Shown in pieces: positions 25,544-34,962 of a DNA stretch of 64,000 bases. The translations under genes were made by a program, and so were the position numbers. The stretch's first letter is position 1. Each line of letters begins with the position of its first letter. Source of the stretch: an uncultured Candidatus Saccharibacteria bacterium (lineage in GTDB: Bacteria > Patescibacteriota > Minisyncoccia > Phycocordibacterales > CSBR16-119); contig CAYRQF010000004.1 of the NCBI GenBank assembly GCA_964426385.1, positions 12,573 through 76,572 of the forward strand, read 5' to 3'. A model generated the notes under the pieces. It saw nothing but the letters and a program-made list of their open reading frames with translations, had not been told where the DNA came from and made no database searches.

Positions 25544-27709
25544 TTGCGCCTTTTTATAATGAAGAAATTTTTCCTCTCACTCATTATCGGGTTACTCATA
25601 TTTGGTCCTGTTACGGGGTCCGTGCCTTTGGCGCACGCTCAAGTGAATCCGAGCGAGAACCCTTATCAGAGTTATGAGAACGAAGTAGGTGAGTGCTGGG
25701 CACTGAACAAGGGTATCGACATAGGCATGTGTTTCGCCTGGGTTATGTACTTCTTCGCTTGGATCACCAGTAGCTTCGCCGAGCTTACTGCTATGCTCAT
25801 GGACTACTTCCTAGCGTACTCTCTCGATAGTGGGTCATATAGTGGAGCCAACAATCAGTTCGTGGAGATGGGTTGGTCTATCATCAGAGATATCGCGAAC
25901 ATTTTCTTCATATTTACACTTCTCTATATCGCCATCCGTCATATATTGCAGATGGGCGGGAGCGATACGAAAAAACTGCTCACGAGTCTCATCATCGCGG
26001 CGCTACTCATCAACTTCAGTTTGTTTTTTACCAAAGTCATCATCGACAGTAGCAACATTTTAGCCAGGGCGTTCTATAACAATATCGTGGTAGAGAATGA
26101 TGACAACCTCGACCATAAATCCATTTCTCAAGCACTCGTTTCTCAGGTGAACCCGCAGAAACTCATATCATCAGACATGTTCAAGCCGGTCCCAGCTCCA
26201 GGAAGACTTCCGACCGAGCCTGATGCCGGATGGCTCATCACAATATTTTTCCTTGCGACCATCGTGAACATCGCTATGGCTTGGATATTCCTGAGTACAT
26301 TTTTGCTATTTATAGCGCGCGTTATCGGACTCTGGTTCATGATGATATTCTCGCCGATTGCTCTCGCTTCCAGGGCTATTCCCGGAGCTGAGGGTATGCT
26401 CGGGGATTTTGGTTGGAGTGGTTGGATCAAGAGCACACTCAAACTCGCTTTCATGGCGCCGATATTCGTGTTCTTCCTTTTCCTCCTCACGATGTTTTTG
26501 AACGTTGCGCTCCAGTCAGTTACGGTAGAGGTGGACCAGAGCACGATGCAACGCATCATGTCTGTGCTCATTCCTTTCATGGCTATTATCATCATTATGA
26601 CAAAGGCCAAAGACACTGCTACTGAGATGGCCGGAACGTTCGGTCAGGCAGTATTGAGTGGTGTCGGTAAACTTGCCGGGTTCGCAGTCGGCGCTGCGGG
26701 TGTCGGTCTTGCGGGAACGGCAATGGTAGCTAGGGGAACCATCGGCCGTGCCGCCACTGCCGCCGCTGGCAGTAGGAGTTTCCAAGAAGCTGCATCAAAG
26801 AACAAATACTTTCTTGCTAAAAGTTTGTATAAGGGGGCTCAAGCCGCTTCAAAGGGAAGTATGGACGCGAGAAATAGTACTGGCTTTAGGAGAACTACAG
26901 GTTTGCTAGCCTCAGGCTTGGCAGCGGCTGGTATTGCAACCAAAGCAGACCTTGGAAAAGGTACTACAAGAGGTGGGTACTCACAGCGGTTAGAAGAATA
27001 TCAAAAGAAGAAAGAGAAATTCAAGGAAGATCTCAAGTCTTCGGATCATGATACTTTTAGTGTTACTGATCCTAGAGATCCAACCAAAACCCTTACAACA
27101 TCAGTCATTCAAGCCGAAACCGAATTTTTGAAAGCTCAGAATGAAGCAAAGAGAAAAGACGAAAATAAAAATATAAAAAGTGCTACTATCGGCAACCCAA
27201 GGGAGGATGTCGTTAAAGATTATGATGGTTGGGTAAAAGAAAAAGAAAAAGCCGAAAAAGCCCAGAAACAAGCAGAGATCGATTTTGCAAACGTTCAGAG
27301 GGACCCAGCTTCAACACTTGTGCAAAAAGATGCTGCAAGGGTAAAGAAAGACTATTTTACCGACAGGCATGCTGAAATTAGAGGTGTGGTAAAAGGAATA
27401 GAGGAAAACTGGGAAACTGAGGAGAAGATCTTCAAGGGAATCAAGAGAGAGCAGACCAAACATGACACTAAGGTGTTACAACAATACGCCGAGTCCGTTA
27501 AACCAGTCTCACTCGACACATCTTCTCTTGGCGCAGGTATAAAAACTGGCAGTATGGTTGCACTGGCGCAACTATATGGTTTGGCAAATGGATCAGAAGG
27601 CACATACGTTGCAGGAAGAAGTGCAGCTTCTGCAGAACTTGCACGTTCTGCCGAGAAGGAGGAGAAGAAAGCTCAGGCTGAGGCGAAAAAAGACGACAAG
27701 AAAACATAA
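25544..27709 (+). CDS. polytopic membrane protein, putative VirB6/TrbL-like channel component with Lys-rich cytoplasmic tail
   Basis: Signal/TM segment followed by at least six hydrophobic helices over aa 60-400, then a long hydrophilic KE-rich C-terminus. The size and topology fit TrbL/VirB6. It lies two genes upstream of the VirB4-like ATPase. Confidence 0.45.
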   Translation: MRLFIMKKFFLSLIIGLLIFGPVTGSVPLAHAQVNPSENPYQSYENEVGECWALNKGIDIGMCFAWVMYFFAWITSSFAELTAMLMDYFLAYSLDSGSYSGANNQFVEMGWSIIRDIANIFFIFTLLYIAIRHILQMGGSDTKKLLTSLIIAALLINFSLFFTKVIIDSSNILARAFYNNIVVENDDNLDHKSISQALVSQVNPQKLISSDMFKPVPAPGRLPTEPDAGWLITIFFLATIVNIAMAWIFLSTFLLFIARVIGLWFMMIFSPIALASRAIPGAEGMLGDFGWSGWIKSTLKLAFMAPIFVFFLFLLTMFLNVALQSVTVEVDQSTMQRIMSVLIPFMAIIIIMTKAKDTATEMAGTFGQAVLSGVGKLAGFAVGAAGVGLAGTAMVARGTIGRAATAAAGSRSFQEAASKNKYFLAKSLYKGAQAASKGSMDARNSTGFRRTTGLLASGLAAAGIATKADLGKGTTRGGYSQRLEEYQKKKEKFKEDLKSSDHDTFSVTDPRDPTKTLTTSVIQAETEFLKAQNEAKRKDENKNIKSATIGNPREDVVKDYDGWVKEKEKAEKAQKQAEIDFANVQRDPASTLVQKDAARVKKDYFTDRHAEIRGVVKGIEENWETEEKIFKGIKREQTKHDTKVLQQYAESVKPVSLDTSSLGAGIKTGSMVALAQLYGLANGSEGTYVAGRSAASAELARSAEKEEKKAQAEAKKDDKKT

Positions 27710-27717
27710 GTAAATCT

Positions 27718-28353
27718 ATGGATCTAGAATTCAAGAAAAAAATAGAAGAGCGCATGAAACAGCTTCCCTCTGTCCTGGCCAAGGCCATCAAGGCTTCGAA
27801 CTGGGAGAGTATCGTTTTCGATATTGGTCGCAGACACTCGCTTCATGTCGACGACATCGGCGACCTACAGAACGAACTTATCCTCGTCCTAACTGGCATC
27901 GTTCATCCTGACGAATTCCGTCATATTGTCATCAGTGAGATCGGTATCCCCGAAGACAAAGCCGACGTTATCATCGAAGAGATCAACGACCAAGTAAACG
28001 AGAAGATAAAAAACGAACTGAAGTCCATTATGGACGACGCAGACGAAGACAAAACTGTCGATACCGAGAGCGGGGAACTTGCTGGGTCTGAGAAGGAAGT
28101 CCTTAGAGATAGTGGTATCCGCCTCGGAGATGACGTCGATGAGACGGCGAATCAGCACACTCCTCCGGTAGCAGACGGTGTAGAAGCGCCGACTGTCGCA
28201 GTGCAGGCTCCGAAACCAGAACCAAAGCCTGTGAATCCAGTAACTGCGAAAATTATCGCCGAGCCTCAGGTGTTCAAGACTCGCATCTCTCCGGCAGAAG
28301 TCGGTGAGGCCGGCAGGGGATTCAGTGATCCTTACCGCGAGCCAGTAGAATAA
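27718..28353 (+). CDS. hypothetical acidic protein
   Basis: ORF in an operon-like arrangement, separated by an 8-nt gap from the VirB6-like gene. Confidence 0.5.
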   Translation: MDLEFKKKIEERMKQLPSVLAKAIKASNWESIVFDIGRRHSLHVDDIGDLQNELILVLTGIVHPDEFRHIVISEIGIPEDKADVIIEEINDQVNEKIKNELKSIMDDADEDKTVDTESGELAGSEKEVLRDSGIRLGDDVDETANQHTPPVADGVEAPTVAVQAPKPEPKPVNPVTAKIIAEPQVFKTRISPAEVGEAGRGFSDPYREPVE

Positions 28354-28447
28354 TTAGCTGATGGCTTATAGCTGTTAGCTTATAGAGAAATAATAAATTC
28401 CTAAAAGCTAAACGCTATCCGCTATAAGCTCGTGTTATAATACATTC
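28354..28447 (+). promoter_or_regulatory. Conserved promoter/operator module (copy A): GCTTATAGC palindromes followed by the extended -10 TGTTATAAT
   Basis: atggcttatagctgttagcttatagag...cctaaaagc...cgctataagctcgtgttataata is shared with 31695-31790. Related half-copies lie at 9337-9366 and 9730-9761. Confidence 0.55.
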
Positions 28448-28867
28448 ATGCGATTCCAAGTTCCGCAATTTATTGATATTGAAGACAAGATTTTTGGACC
28501 TTTTACGTTCAAGCAGTTTGTCTATCTCGCGGGAGGGGCTGGATCAGCCTATGCTATCTGGAAGCTCTTGCCGACACTTATCGCAGTTTTCCTCGTGCTC
28601 CCTATAATCGGGCTCGCTCTCGCGCTGACATTTTATAAAGTGAACGGCAAGCCATTTATCGAAGTCTTACAGGCCTATGCTTCGTATTCGACAAAGAGCA
28701 AGCTTTTTATTTGGAAACAGAGAAAGATTGAGAAAAAGAAGAAATTTGCCGAAGCTCCGAAGGAGAGTCGTCATCCGATGTCTAACATCCCTAGACTTAC
28801 CGAGAGCAGGCTGTCGGATATTTCATGGAGTTTGGATGTGCTCGATATGGAGAAGCGCGATAAATAA
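28448..28867 (+). CDS. small two-TM membrane protein (possible VirB3/TcpE-like component)
   Basis: Hydrophobic hairpin FVYLAGGAGSAYAIWKLLPTLIAVFLVLPIIGLALALTFY. A small membrane protein immediately upstream of VirB4 is typical of type IV secretion loci. Confidence 0.35.
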   Translation: MRFQVPQFIDIEDKIFGPFTFKQFVYLAGGAGSAYAIWKLLPTLIAVFLVLPIIGLALALTFYKVNGKPFIEVLQAYASYSTKSKLFIWKQRKIEKKKKFAEAPKESRHPMSNIPRLTESRLSDISWSLDVLDMEKRDK

Positions 28868-28975
28868 TCCCAAAACTGATTTTACTACCACAAAATGATA
28901 ATTTTAAATCACAACACAAAATTGGTCGGATCAGAATTTATTAGCATGATCAAAAATCAGTAACGGGACAAGTAT

Positions 28976-29626
28976 ATGGCATTAAACGCTAAAGCATCAC
29001 AAGATTTTGTTCCGATCAAAGCCATCCAAGATGGTGTGGTGGTCCTCAAGGATGGGGGACTTCGTGCCATTCTTATGGCGTCATCTGTTAACTTGTCGCT
29101 CAAGTCCGAGGATGAACAGACAGCGATCATCATGCAGTTTCAGAATTTTCTGAACACCCTCGATTTTTCACTGCAGATTTGCGTCCAGTCGAGAAAGTTT
29201 AATATTACTTCGTATGTAGGACTTCTCGAAGAGAGACTCAAGGAGCAATCCGAGCCACTTCTCAAGATTCAGACTGAGGAATATATCAAGTTCATCAAAG
29301 AATTTACCGAGTCGACGAACATCATGACGAAACACTTCTTCCTGGTCATCCCGCTCCAGCCACTCCAGTCAGTTAGTGGGTCAGCTACGGGACTCCTGGA
29401 TAAGGTTTTGCCGACTAATAAGAAAGAAAACTTGGCGGAGAAGGAGAAAGCTTTTAGTGAGGAGCGTTCCCAGCTCGAACAGAGAGTCGCCCTGACCGTT
29501 CAGGGGCTTTCGCGATTGGGTATCAGAACTGTTCAGCTCAAAACCGAAGACGAGGTCGAGCTTTTTTACCGAGTGTTCAATCCCGGAGATGCCGAGAGTG
29601 CTATCGATATAACCAAAGGACAATAA
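28976..29626 (+). CDS. hypothetical protein, translationally coupled to the VirB4-like ATPase
   Basis: Its stop TAA is separated by a single nucleotide from the next ATG (caaTAAtATG). Confidence 0.5.
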   Translation: MALNAKASQDFVPIKAIQDGVVVLKDGGLRAILMASSVNLSLKSEDEQTAIIMQFQNFLNTLDFSLQICVQSRKFNITSYVGLLEERLKEQSEPLLKIQTEEYIKFIKEFTESTNIMTKHFFLVIPLQPLQSVSGSATGLLDKVLPTNKKENLAEKEKAFSEERSQLEQRVALTVQGLSRLGIRTVQLKTEDEVELFYRVFNPGDAESAIDITKGQ

Positions 29627-29627
29627 T

Positions 29628-31694
29628 ATGGGAATATTTGATCTTATAAAAGGAACAAAGTCGTCCAAGAATCCGAAGAGGGAAATAATGCCCGTACTGC
29701 CGGAGGAGATTTATAAGGCGGCAACACTGGAGCTCCAGGATATTCTCGCGCCGTCTGCACTCAAAATCTCGCCAAAAGCTCTGAACCTCGGCGATAAAAT
29801 CGCACGTACATACTTCGTCATTTCTTATCCTAGATTTCTCTCAGATAACTGGTTCACCCCGATCATCAACCTCGATAAAATATTTGATATCGCTATCCAT
29901 ATCCATCCTCTCGATACGAACACCATACTCAGGAAATTCCAGAAGAAAGTTGCCGAAGTCCAAAGCCAGGTCAACGTTCGCGAATCCAAAGGTCTCGTCC
30001 GTGACCCTGTCCTCGATACTGCATATCAGGATCTCGAGGGGTTACGCGACAGTCTCCAGCAGGCTCAGGACAAAATGTTCGATGTCGGGCTCTATATTAC
30101 AGTCTACGCAGACTCGATGCAGGAGCTTTCGAAGATAGAGAATGAGATCAAGTCTATACTAGAGGCCAAGCTCGTGTATATCAAGCCGGCACTCTTCCAG
30201 CAGGACGTCGGGTTCGCCTCTGTCGCACCACTCGCAACGGATTTCCTCGCCGTTCATCAGAAGATGAACACAGAACCGCTATCTTCGATATTCCCATTCG
30301 TTTCTTTCGACCTGTCTTCTGACAAAGGGATTCTCTATGGTATCAACCGTCACAACTCTAGTCTTATTATTTTCGATCGCTTCTCTCTAGAGAACTATAA
30401 CTCGGTTACTTTTGCCAAGTCCGGTTCTGGTAAGTCATACTCGACCAAGCTAGAAATCCTCCGAACACTCATGTTTGACTCAGAAGTCATCGTTATCGAC
30501 CCTGAGAGAGAATACGAGTACCTATCCGAGGCCATCGGTGGACGGTATTTCAATATCTCGCTCTCATCTGAGCACCATATCAACCCTTTTGACCTACCGA
30601 TACCAACCGAAGACGAGACTCCAGAGGATGTACTCCGCGCTAACACTATCCAGCTCGTGGGAATGTTTCGTATCATGCTCGGAGGGCTAACTCCGGAGGA
30701 GGATGCGATTATCGACAAGGCAGTGACCGAGACATATGCGCTCAAAGACATTACTTCTGACTCGGATTTTGCGAATATCGAGCCACCACTGCTATCGGAC
30801 TTCGAGATGGTTCTGTCGGGTATCGATGGATCAGAGTCCATCATGACTCGTCTTACTAAGTACACAAAGGGTTCGTGGAAAAATTTCATCAACCAGCCGA
30901 CAAACGTCGACATCAACAAGCGATTTATCGTCTTCTCCGTACGAGACATGGAGGATGACCTAAAACCTGTCGCCATGTATATCGTTACGCACTTCATATG
31001 GAACGCCGTCAGGAAGAATCTGAAGAAACGTCTCCTTATCGTCGACGAGGCCTGGTGGATGATGAAGTCAGAAGATACGGCGTCTTTCCTCTACTCTATC
31101 GCCAAGCGTGGACGCAAATATTTCCTCGGACTCTCAACTATCACTCAGGACGTTAACGACTTCGTGGCGTCTCAGTATGGTATGGCTATCGTCACGAACT
31201 CATCTATGCAACTACTTCTCAAGCAGTCTACTAGTTCAGCAGATGCACTACAGAAAGTGTTCAACCTGACCGATGAAGAGAAGTATCTTTTGCTCGAGTC
31301 AGAGGTAGGAGAGGGTATATTTTTCGCTGGATTGAAACACGTAGCCATAAAAATCATTGCCTCCTATACCGAAGATCAGATCATAACCTCAGATCCATCA
31401 CAGGTGCTCGCTATAAAAAAAGCCAAAGAGGAGTTCCGTGAGGGTGAGAAGGCTTTTCAGCAAGGAGAAACCGAGAGGATTCAAGGAGCGATCGATAGCC
31501 AACCAAAAGACGAGTATATTCCGTCCCAACAGCCAGAACCTGTAAGTCTAGAAAAAGAAATAGGGGATTCGCCAGAAGTTCTGACTCCTACACCAGATAA
31601 AAAGCCAAAAAACGAATCCGACAGTCTCGAAAGCTTCAGCGATGGGTTAGACAAAGAAATCGACGATCTCGAGAAGATGTTTAAAGACTACTAA
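29628..31694 (+). CDS. VirB4/TraE/TcpF-family type IV secretion ATPase (Gram-positive type)
   Basis: N-terminal FVISYPRFLSDNWFTPIINLD motif, Walker A FAKSGSGKSYST, the ...VIVIDPEREYEYL segment, and Walker B LLIVDEAWWMM. Confidence 0.8.
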   Translation: MGIFDLIKGTKSSKNPKREIMPVLPEEIYKAATLELQDILAPSALKISPKALNLGDKIARTYFVISYPRFLSDNWFTPIINLDKIFDIAIHIHPLDTNTILRKFQKKVAEVQSQVNVRESKGLVRDPVLDTAYQDLEGLRDSLQQAQDKMFDVGLYITVYADSMQELSKIENEIKSILEAKLVYIKPALFQQDVGFASVAPLATDFLAVHQKMNTEPLSSIFPFVSFDLSSDKGILYGINRHNSSLIIFDRFSLENYNSVTFAKSGSGKSYSTKLEILRTLMFDSEVIVIDPEREYEYLSEAIGGRYFNISLSSEHHINPFDLPIPTEDETPEDVLRANTIQLVGMFRIMLGGLTPEEDAIIDKAVTETYALKDITSDSDFANIEPPLLSDFEMVLSGIDGSESIMTRLTKYTKGSWKNFINQPTNVDINKRFIVFSVRDMEDDLKPVAMYIVTHFIWNAVRKNLKKRLLIVDEAWWMMKSEDTASFLYSIAKRGRKYFLGLSTITQDVNDFVASQYGMAIVTNSSMQLLLKQSTSSADALQKVFNLTDEEKYLLLESEVGEGIFFAGLKHVAIKIIASYTEDQIITSDPSQVLAIKKAKEEFREGEKAFQQGETERIQGAIDSQPKDEYIPSQQPEPVSLEKEIGDSPEVLTPTPDKKPKNESDSLESFSDGLDKEIDDLEKMFKDY

Positions 31695-31790
31695 CAGAGC
31701 TTACAGCGTATGGCTGTTAGCTTATAGAAATTCCACAAAATACCTAAAAGCAATAAGCTATACGCTAAAAGCTCGTGTTATAATATTTCC
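31695..31790 (+). promoter_or_regulatory. Conserved promoter/operator module (copy B)
   Basis: atggctgttagcttatagaa...cctaaaagcaataagctatacgctaaaagctcgtgttataata is homologous to 28354-28447. Confidence 0.55.
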
Positions 31791-32384
31791 ATGCCAAATA
31801 CCAAAAATGATGATGGGAATTCTATAAACCAGAATGATAAGACTACGCTCCATGGAGCTGGAGTCGACCTATCCGACACACCAGTCGAACCAGAGTCAGA
31901 AGGTGAAAAGATTGTCGACATAGACGGATCGATTCCTTTGGGGAGTGACCCAGATCTAGAGAAGTCCGGAGTCAAATTTGTAGAGGCCGATGTGCCTGTA
32001 ACAGACCTATCAGCGTTAGCCGAGAAAAAGGCCAAGACCGTAAGCTCAGCCGCCAAAGACCTCGAAGCAGAATTCCGGTCTGAGCTTGCTGATTTTAAGG
32101 GACCACTCAAGCCTGATGGTGAGAAAGCCGTTATGGAAAAAAGCGGAACACTGCGATCGATGCTTACTTTGGTCCGGGAGAAGCTCGGTCTGAAGAAGAA
32201 GACAGTAAAGTCAGAACTCGAGAGTCTAAAAAAGATGAAAGATGCTATCACCAAAGACATCACAACGATAAAAGAGCTCGAAGAGTCCGAAAACAAGATC
32301 AATACAGAGCTTGGTAAAATCGATGAGATAAAGAAAGAAGTAGAGGAGATAGAGAAGGACTTGGCGGATGATCTAAATAAATAA
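31791..32384 (+). CDS. hypothetical acidic coiled-coil protein
   Basis: K/E-rich heptad-like C-terminal half. Confidence 0.5.
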   Translation: MPNTKNDDGNSINQNDKTTLHGAGVDLSDTPVEPESEGEKIVDIDGSIPLGSDPDLEKSGVKFVEADVPVTDLSALAEKKAKTVSSAAKDLEAEFRSELADFKGPLKPDGEKAVMEKSGTLRSMLTLVREKLGLKKKTVKSELESLKKMKDAITKDITTIKELEESENKINTELGKIDEIKKEVEEIEKDLADDLNK

Positions 32385-32388
32385 AATC

Positions 32389-33375
32389 ATGAAGGCTTTG
32401 CAAATTATAAAATTGAGTGTAGTCGGATATATTTTTCTTGCACCTCTTTTTATATTTGCTCAAATGCCAGGTATAGAACAATCTTTTAGTTTGTCTTTTT
32501 CTCCACAGAACCCTAGCCCTGGAGAGTTGGTAACATTTGGGGTTTCCGCATATGAGTTCAATATAGATTTAGCAAACATCGTTTGGAGTGTCGATGGCAA
32601 ATCCGTTAAATCAGGTAAGGGGGTCAAAGGATTCACGTTTGAAGCCCCTGCCAATGGTAAATCTAGCACCATCTCTGTTGTGGTGTCGCCAGCCACTGGG
32701 ACCCCTATAGAGAAAAGCATAACCATTTCTCCTGCAGACATCGATCTCATATATGAGGTAATGGATGGTTACGTCCCGCCTTTCTACCGAGGAAAGATAC
32801 TGCCGATAAAACAGAGTCAGATCAAGGTGGTGGCTCTCCCGAACGTGAAGACGATGACAGGTGGGACAGCTAAAGCAAAAGATTTCGTATATACATGGCG
32901 CAAGGATAGTGAGAACCTCCCAGGACAGTCAGGGTTTGGACGCAGTAGTGTTACTTTTGTAAATGAGATACTCGACCGTGGAAATACTCTCGAGGTCTCA
33001 GCGACAAACGGTCTCAAGAAAGTTGACGGGGCGATAGTTATTAATTATCTCGAGCCGGAAATACTTTTTTATGAATATGACATATTGACCGGAGTTAAAT
33101 ACCAGCGAGCATTTAGGTCAGGAGAGAATATTAAGCAGCCAAAACTTAGCATCATTGCAGAGCCGTACTTTCTGTCACGGGACTTTATGCCGAACAAGGA
33201 TATCGCGGGCACTTGGATGCTAAATGGTCAGAAGGCTACTCCTGTCGCCAAGAACAATCTTATTATCAATACCAGCGCAACGTCTGGCAAAGTCGATATA
33301 AGTTTCGAGTATAACGAGGCGAAACGACTGTTTCGTAGTTTTAAGAAATCACTGAGTCTTAACTTGGTCAACTAG
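32389..33375 (+). CDS. secreted hypothetical protein
   Basis: Signal peptide/TM IIKLSVVGYIFLAPLFIFAQ. The composition is beta-rich. Confidence 0.55.
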   Translation: MKALQIIKLSVVGYIFLAPLFIFAQMPGIEQSFSLSFSPQNPSPGELVTFGVSAYEFNIDLANIVWSVDGKSVKSGKGVKGFTFEAPANGKSSTISVVVSPATGTPIEKSITISPADIDLIYEVMDGYVPPFYRGKILPIKQSQIKVVALPNVKTMTGGTAKAKDFVYTWRKDSENLPGQSGFGRSSVTFVNEILDRGNTLEVSATNGLKKVDGAIVINYLEPEILFYEYDILTGVKYQRAFRSGENIKQPKLSIIAEPYFLSRDFMPNKDIAGTWMLNGQKATPVAKNNLIINTSATSGKVDISFEYNEAKRLFRSFKKSLSLNLVN

Positions 33376-33377
33376 CA

Positions 33378-34958
33378 ATGCAGAGCTCACTAAAGAAAAT
33401 TTTTATACTTTCCACTATACTCCTCATCGCAGGATTCATTTTCTCTAGGCCGGTATCTGCTCAGAACGCGAACTGCAACGTCATCGATGCGGACATACGA
33501 CATAACATTACGAATGTTTTAGATCCATCGGGGGACGAAGACGGAGATGGCGAAACTAACTTCCAGGAGGAATTCTTTGTCGACGGTAATCCGCCCCTCG
33601 TATATCTCGATATAAAAACCCTCGGTTGTATAGACACTGACGATGTCTACGATATGCAGCTTTCTCTGACAGAGACAGATATACCACCAGTTATAGATCC
33701 TAACGATAACGTCGACGATATCATTGAACTGGACGATTGGGAAATAAACGTCGAAGACAATAATGACTTTACTGTAGTTTATCTCGCGGGGGAAGATGAG
33801 TGCGGAGGAGGTGGAGAGCCAGATTGTCAGTACCATATCGAGACAGACGATGGAAATTCTTCTAATGATCCTTGGAGCGGTCTTTGGTACAGTTGCGATG
33901 TTACCTGCGAAGAAGATTGGGCATACATAGGTATGATTCCTTACGGTCAGAACCACCCTCAGGATACAGCAGGGAATAATACTAATACGAATACTAGCCT
34001 AGGTACCTTGGCGTCAGATGCATACCTCGCACCTCTCCCAGGACTTGAGGGGCAACCCGGAACACTGAACGGTTTCCTCGAGGGACTATTCCAGGTGCTC
34101 ATAGTCGTGGCCGGACTTCTCGCCATGATTATGCTCGTAGTTGGAGCCATAACATATCTATCGAGTGATGCGTTTAGTGGCAAGACTGAGGGCAAAGACA
34201 TGATGTTGTCTGCGGTATTCGGCCTCATTCTCGCACTTGGCGCCTGGGTTATCATAAACGCCATCAATCCGAACCTCGCATCAAATCTCGGTATCACTAT
34301 CCCAGTCGCAAGACTGTCTATGCTTGAAGGAGATTCAGCCGTTTACTCTCCCGGGGCGACAAGCTCAGAAGGTGGAACAATTACAGGGTTCAGTTTGCCC
34401 ACAGATATCGGGCTCTATTGCCCGCTTTCGGGTGGATCAGGGCAAGTGCCGGCTATTATCGACAGCTTCGTCGGTAAGGTGGCATATCGATGGGGAGGTA
34501 AGGGCGGCCCTTTGCCAGCTGGACAGAATTACCCACTCAGTCCTTTTGAGACAGAGAACCCCTTTAAGTGTACAGATGATACGGGTGCGCAGGTTCCATG
34601 TAATACGTTCTGTCCGTCAGGAAATGCTTGTTTAGATTGCTCAGGATTTACGAACCATGTTAGGAAATGTGCTGGACTTCCATACTTTGCAACGGGGACA
34701 TACGGCATGACCCAGGAAGCCTCAGCCGAAACAGTTGAGATGAATACGCTTAACGCTACTGGTACACAGATAGGGAGCTATGTTTTGGTCCCGGGCGATA
34801 TACTTGTTTGGAATGGTCACGTCGTCATCTATTATGGTAATGGCAAGATAGCAGAATCTTCTGGAGGTACTCAGGGTCGCGCCAAGAACGGTAACGTGAA
34901 CCTGTCTAGTATCAAGAAATACAAGAACAAGATAACGCATATAATAAAAGTCCAATAA
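33378..34958 (+). CDS. secreted protein with pilin-like double-TM hairpin and C-terminal NlpC/P60 (C40) cell-wall hydrolase domain
   Basis: Signal peptide. Mid-protein hydrophobic hairpin LFQVLIVVAGLLAMIMLVVGAITYL...MMLSAVFGLILALGAWVIINAI resembling VirB2/TrbC pilins. C-terminal YRWGGKG...LDCSGFTNHV...GDILVWNGHVVIY carries the NlpC/P60 Cys-His signature. Confidence 0.6.
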   Translation: MQSSLKKIFILSTILLIAGFIFSRPVSAQNANCNVIDADIRHNITNVLDPSGDEDGDGETNFQEEFFVDGNPPLVYLDIKTLGCIDTDDVYDMQLSLTETDIPPVIDPNDNVDDIIELDDWEINVEDNNDFTVVYLAGEDECGGGGEPDCQYHIETDDGNSSNDPWSGLWYSCDVTCEEDWAYIGMIPYGQNHPQDTAGNNTNTNTSLGTLASDAYLAPLPGLEGQPGTLNGFLEGLFQVLIVVAGLLAMIMLVVGAITYLSSDAFSGKTEGKDMMLSAVFGLILALGAWVIINAINPNLASNLGITIPVARLSMLEGDSAVYSPGATSSEGGTITGFSLPTDIGLYCPLSGGSGQVPAIIDSFVGKVAYRWGGKGGPLPAGQNYPLSPFETENPFKCTDDTGAQVPCNTFCPSGNACLDCSGFTNHVRKCAGLPYFATGTYGMTQEASAETVEMNTLNATGTQIGSYVLVPGDILVWNGHVVIYYGNGKIAESSGGTQGRAKNGNVNLSSIKKYKNKITHIIKVQ

Positions 34959-34962
34959 TCTC

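Noticed and set aside
28976-29626. Interpretation as a split N-terminal domain of VirB4
   Set aside because: The 688-aa downstream ORF already contains the characteristic Gram-positive VirB4 N-terminal motif (YPRFL...NWFTPIINLD), so VirB4 appears complete. The 216-aa protein is left as hypothetical.
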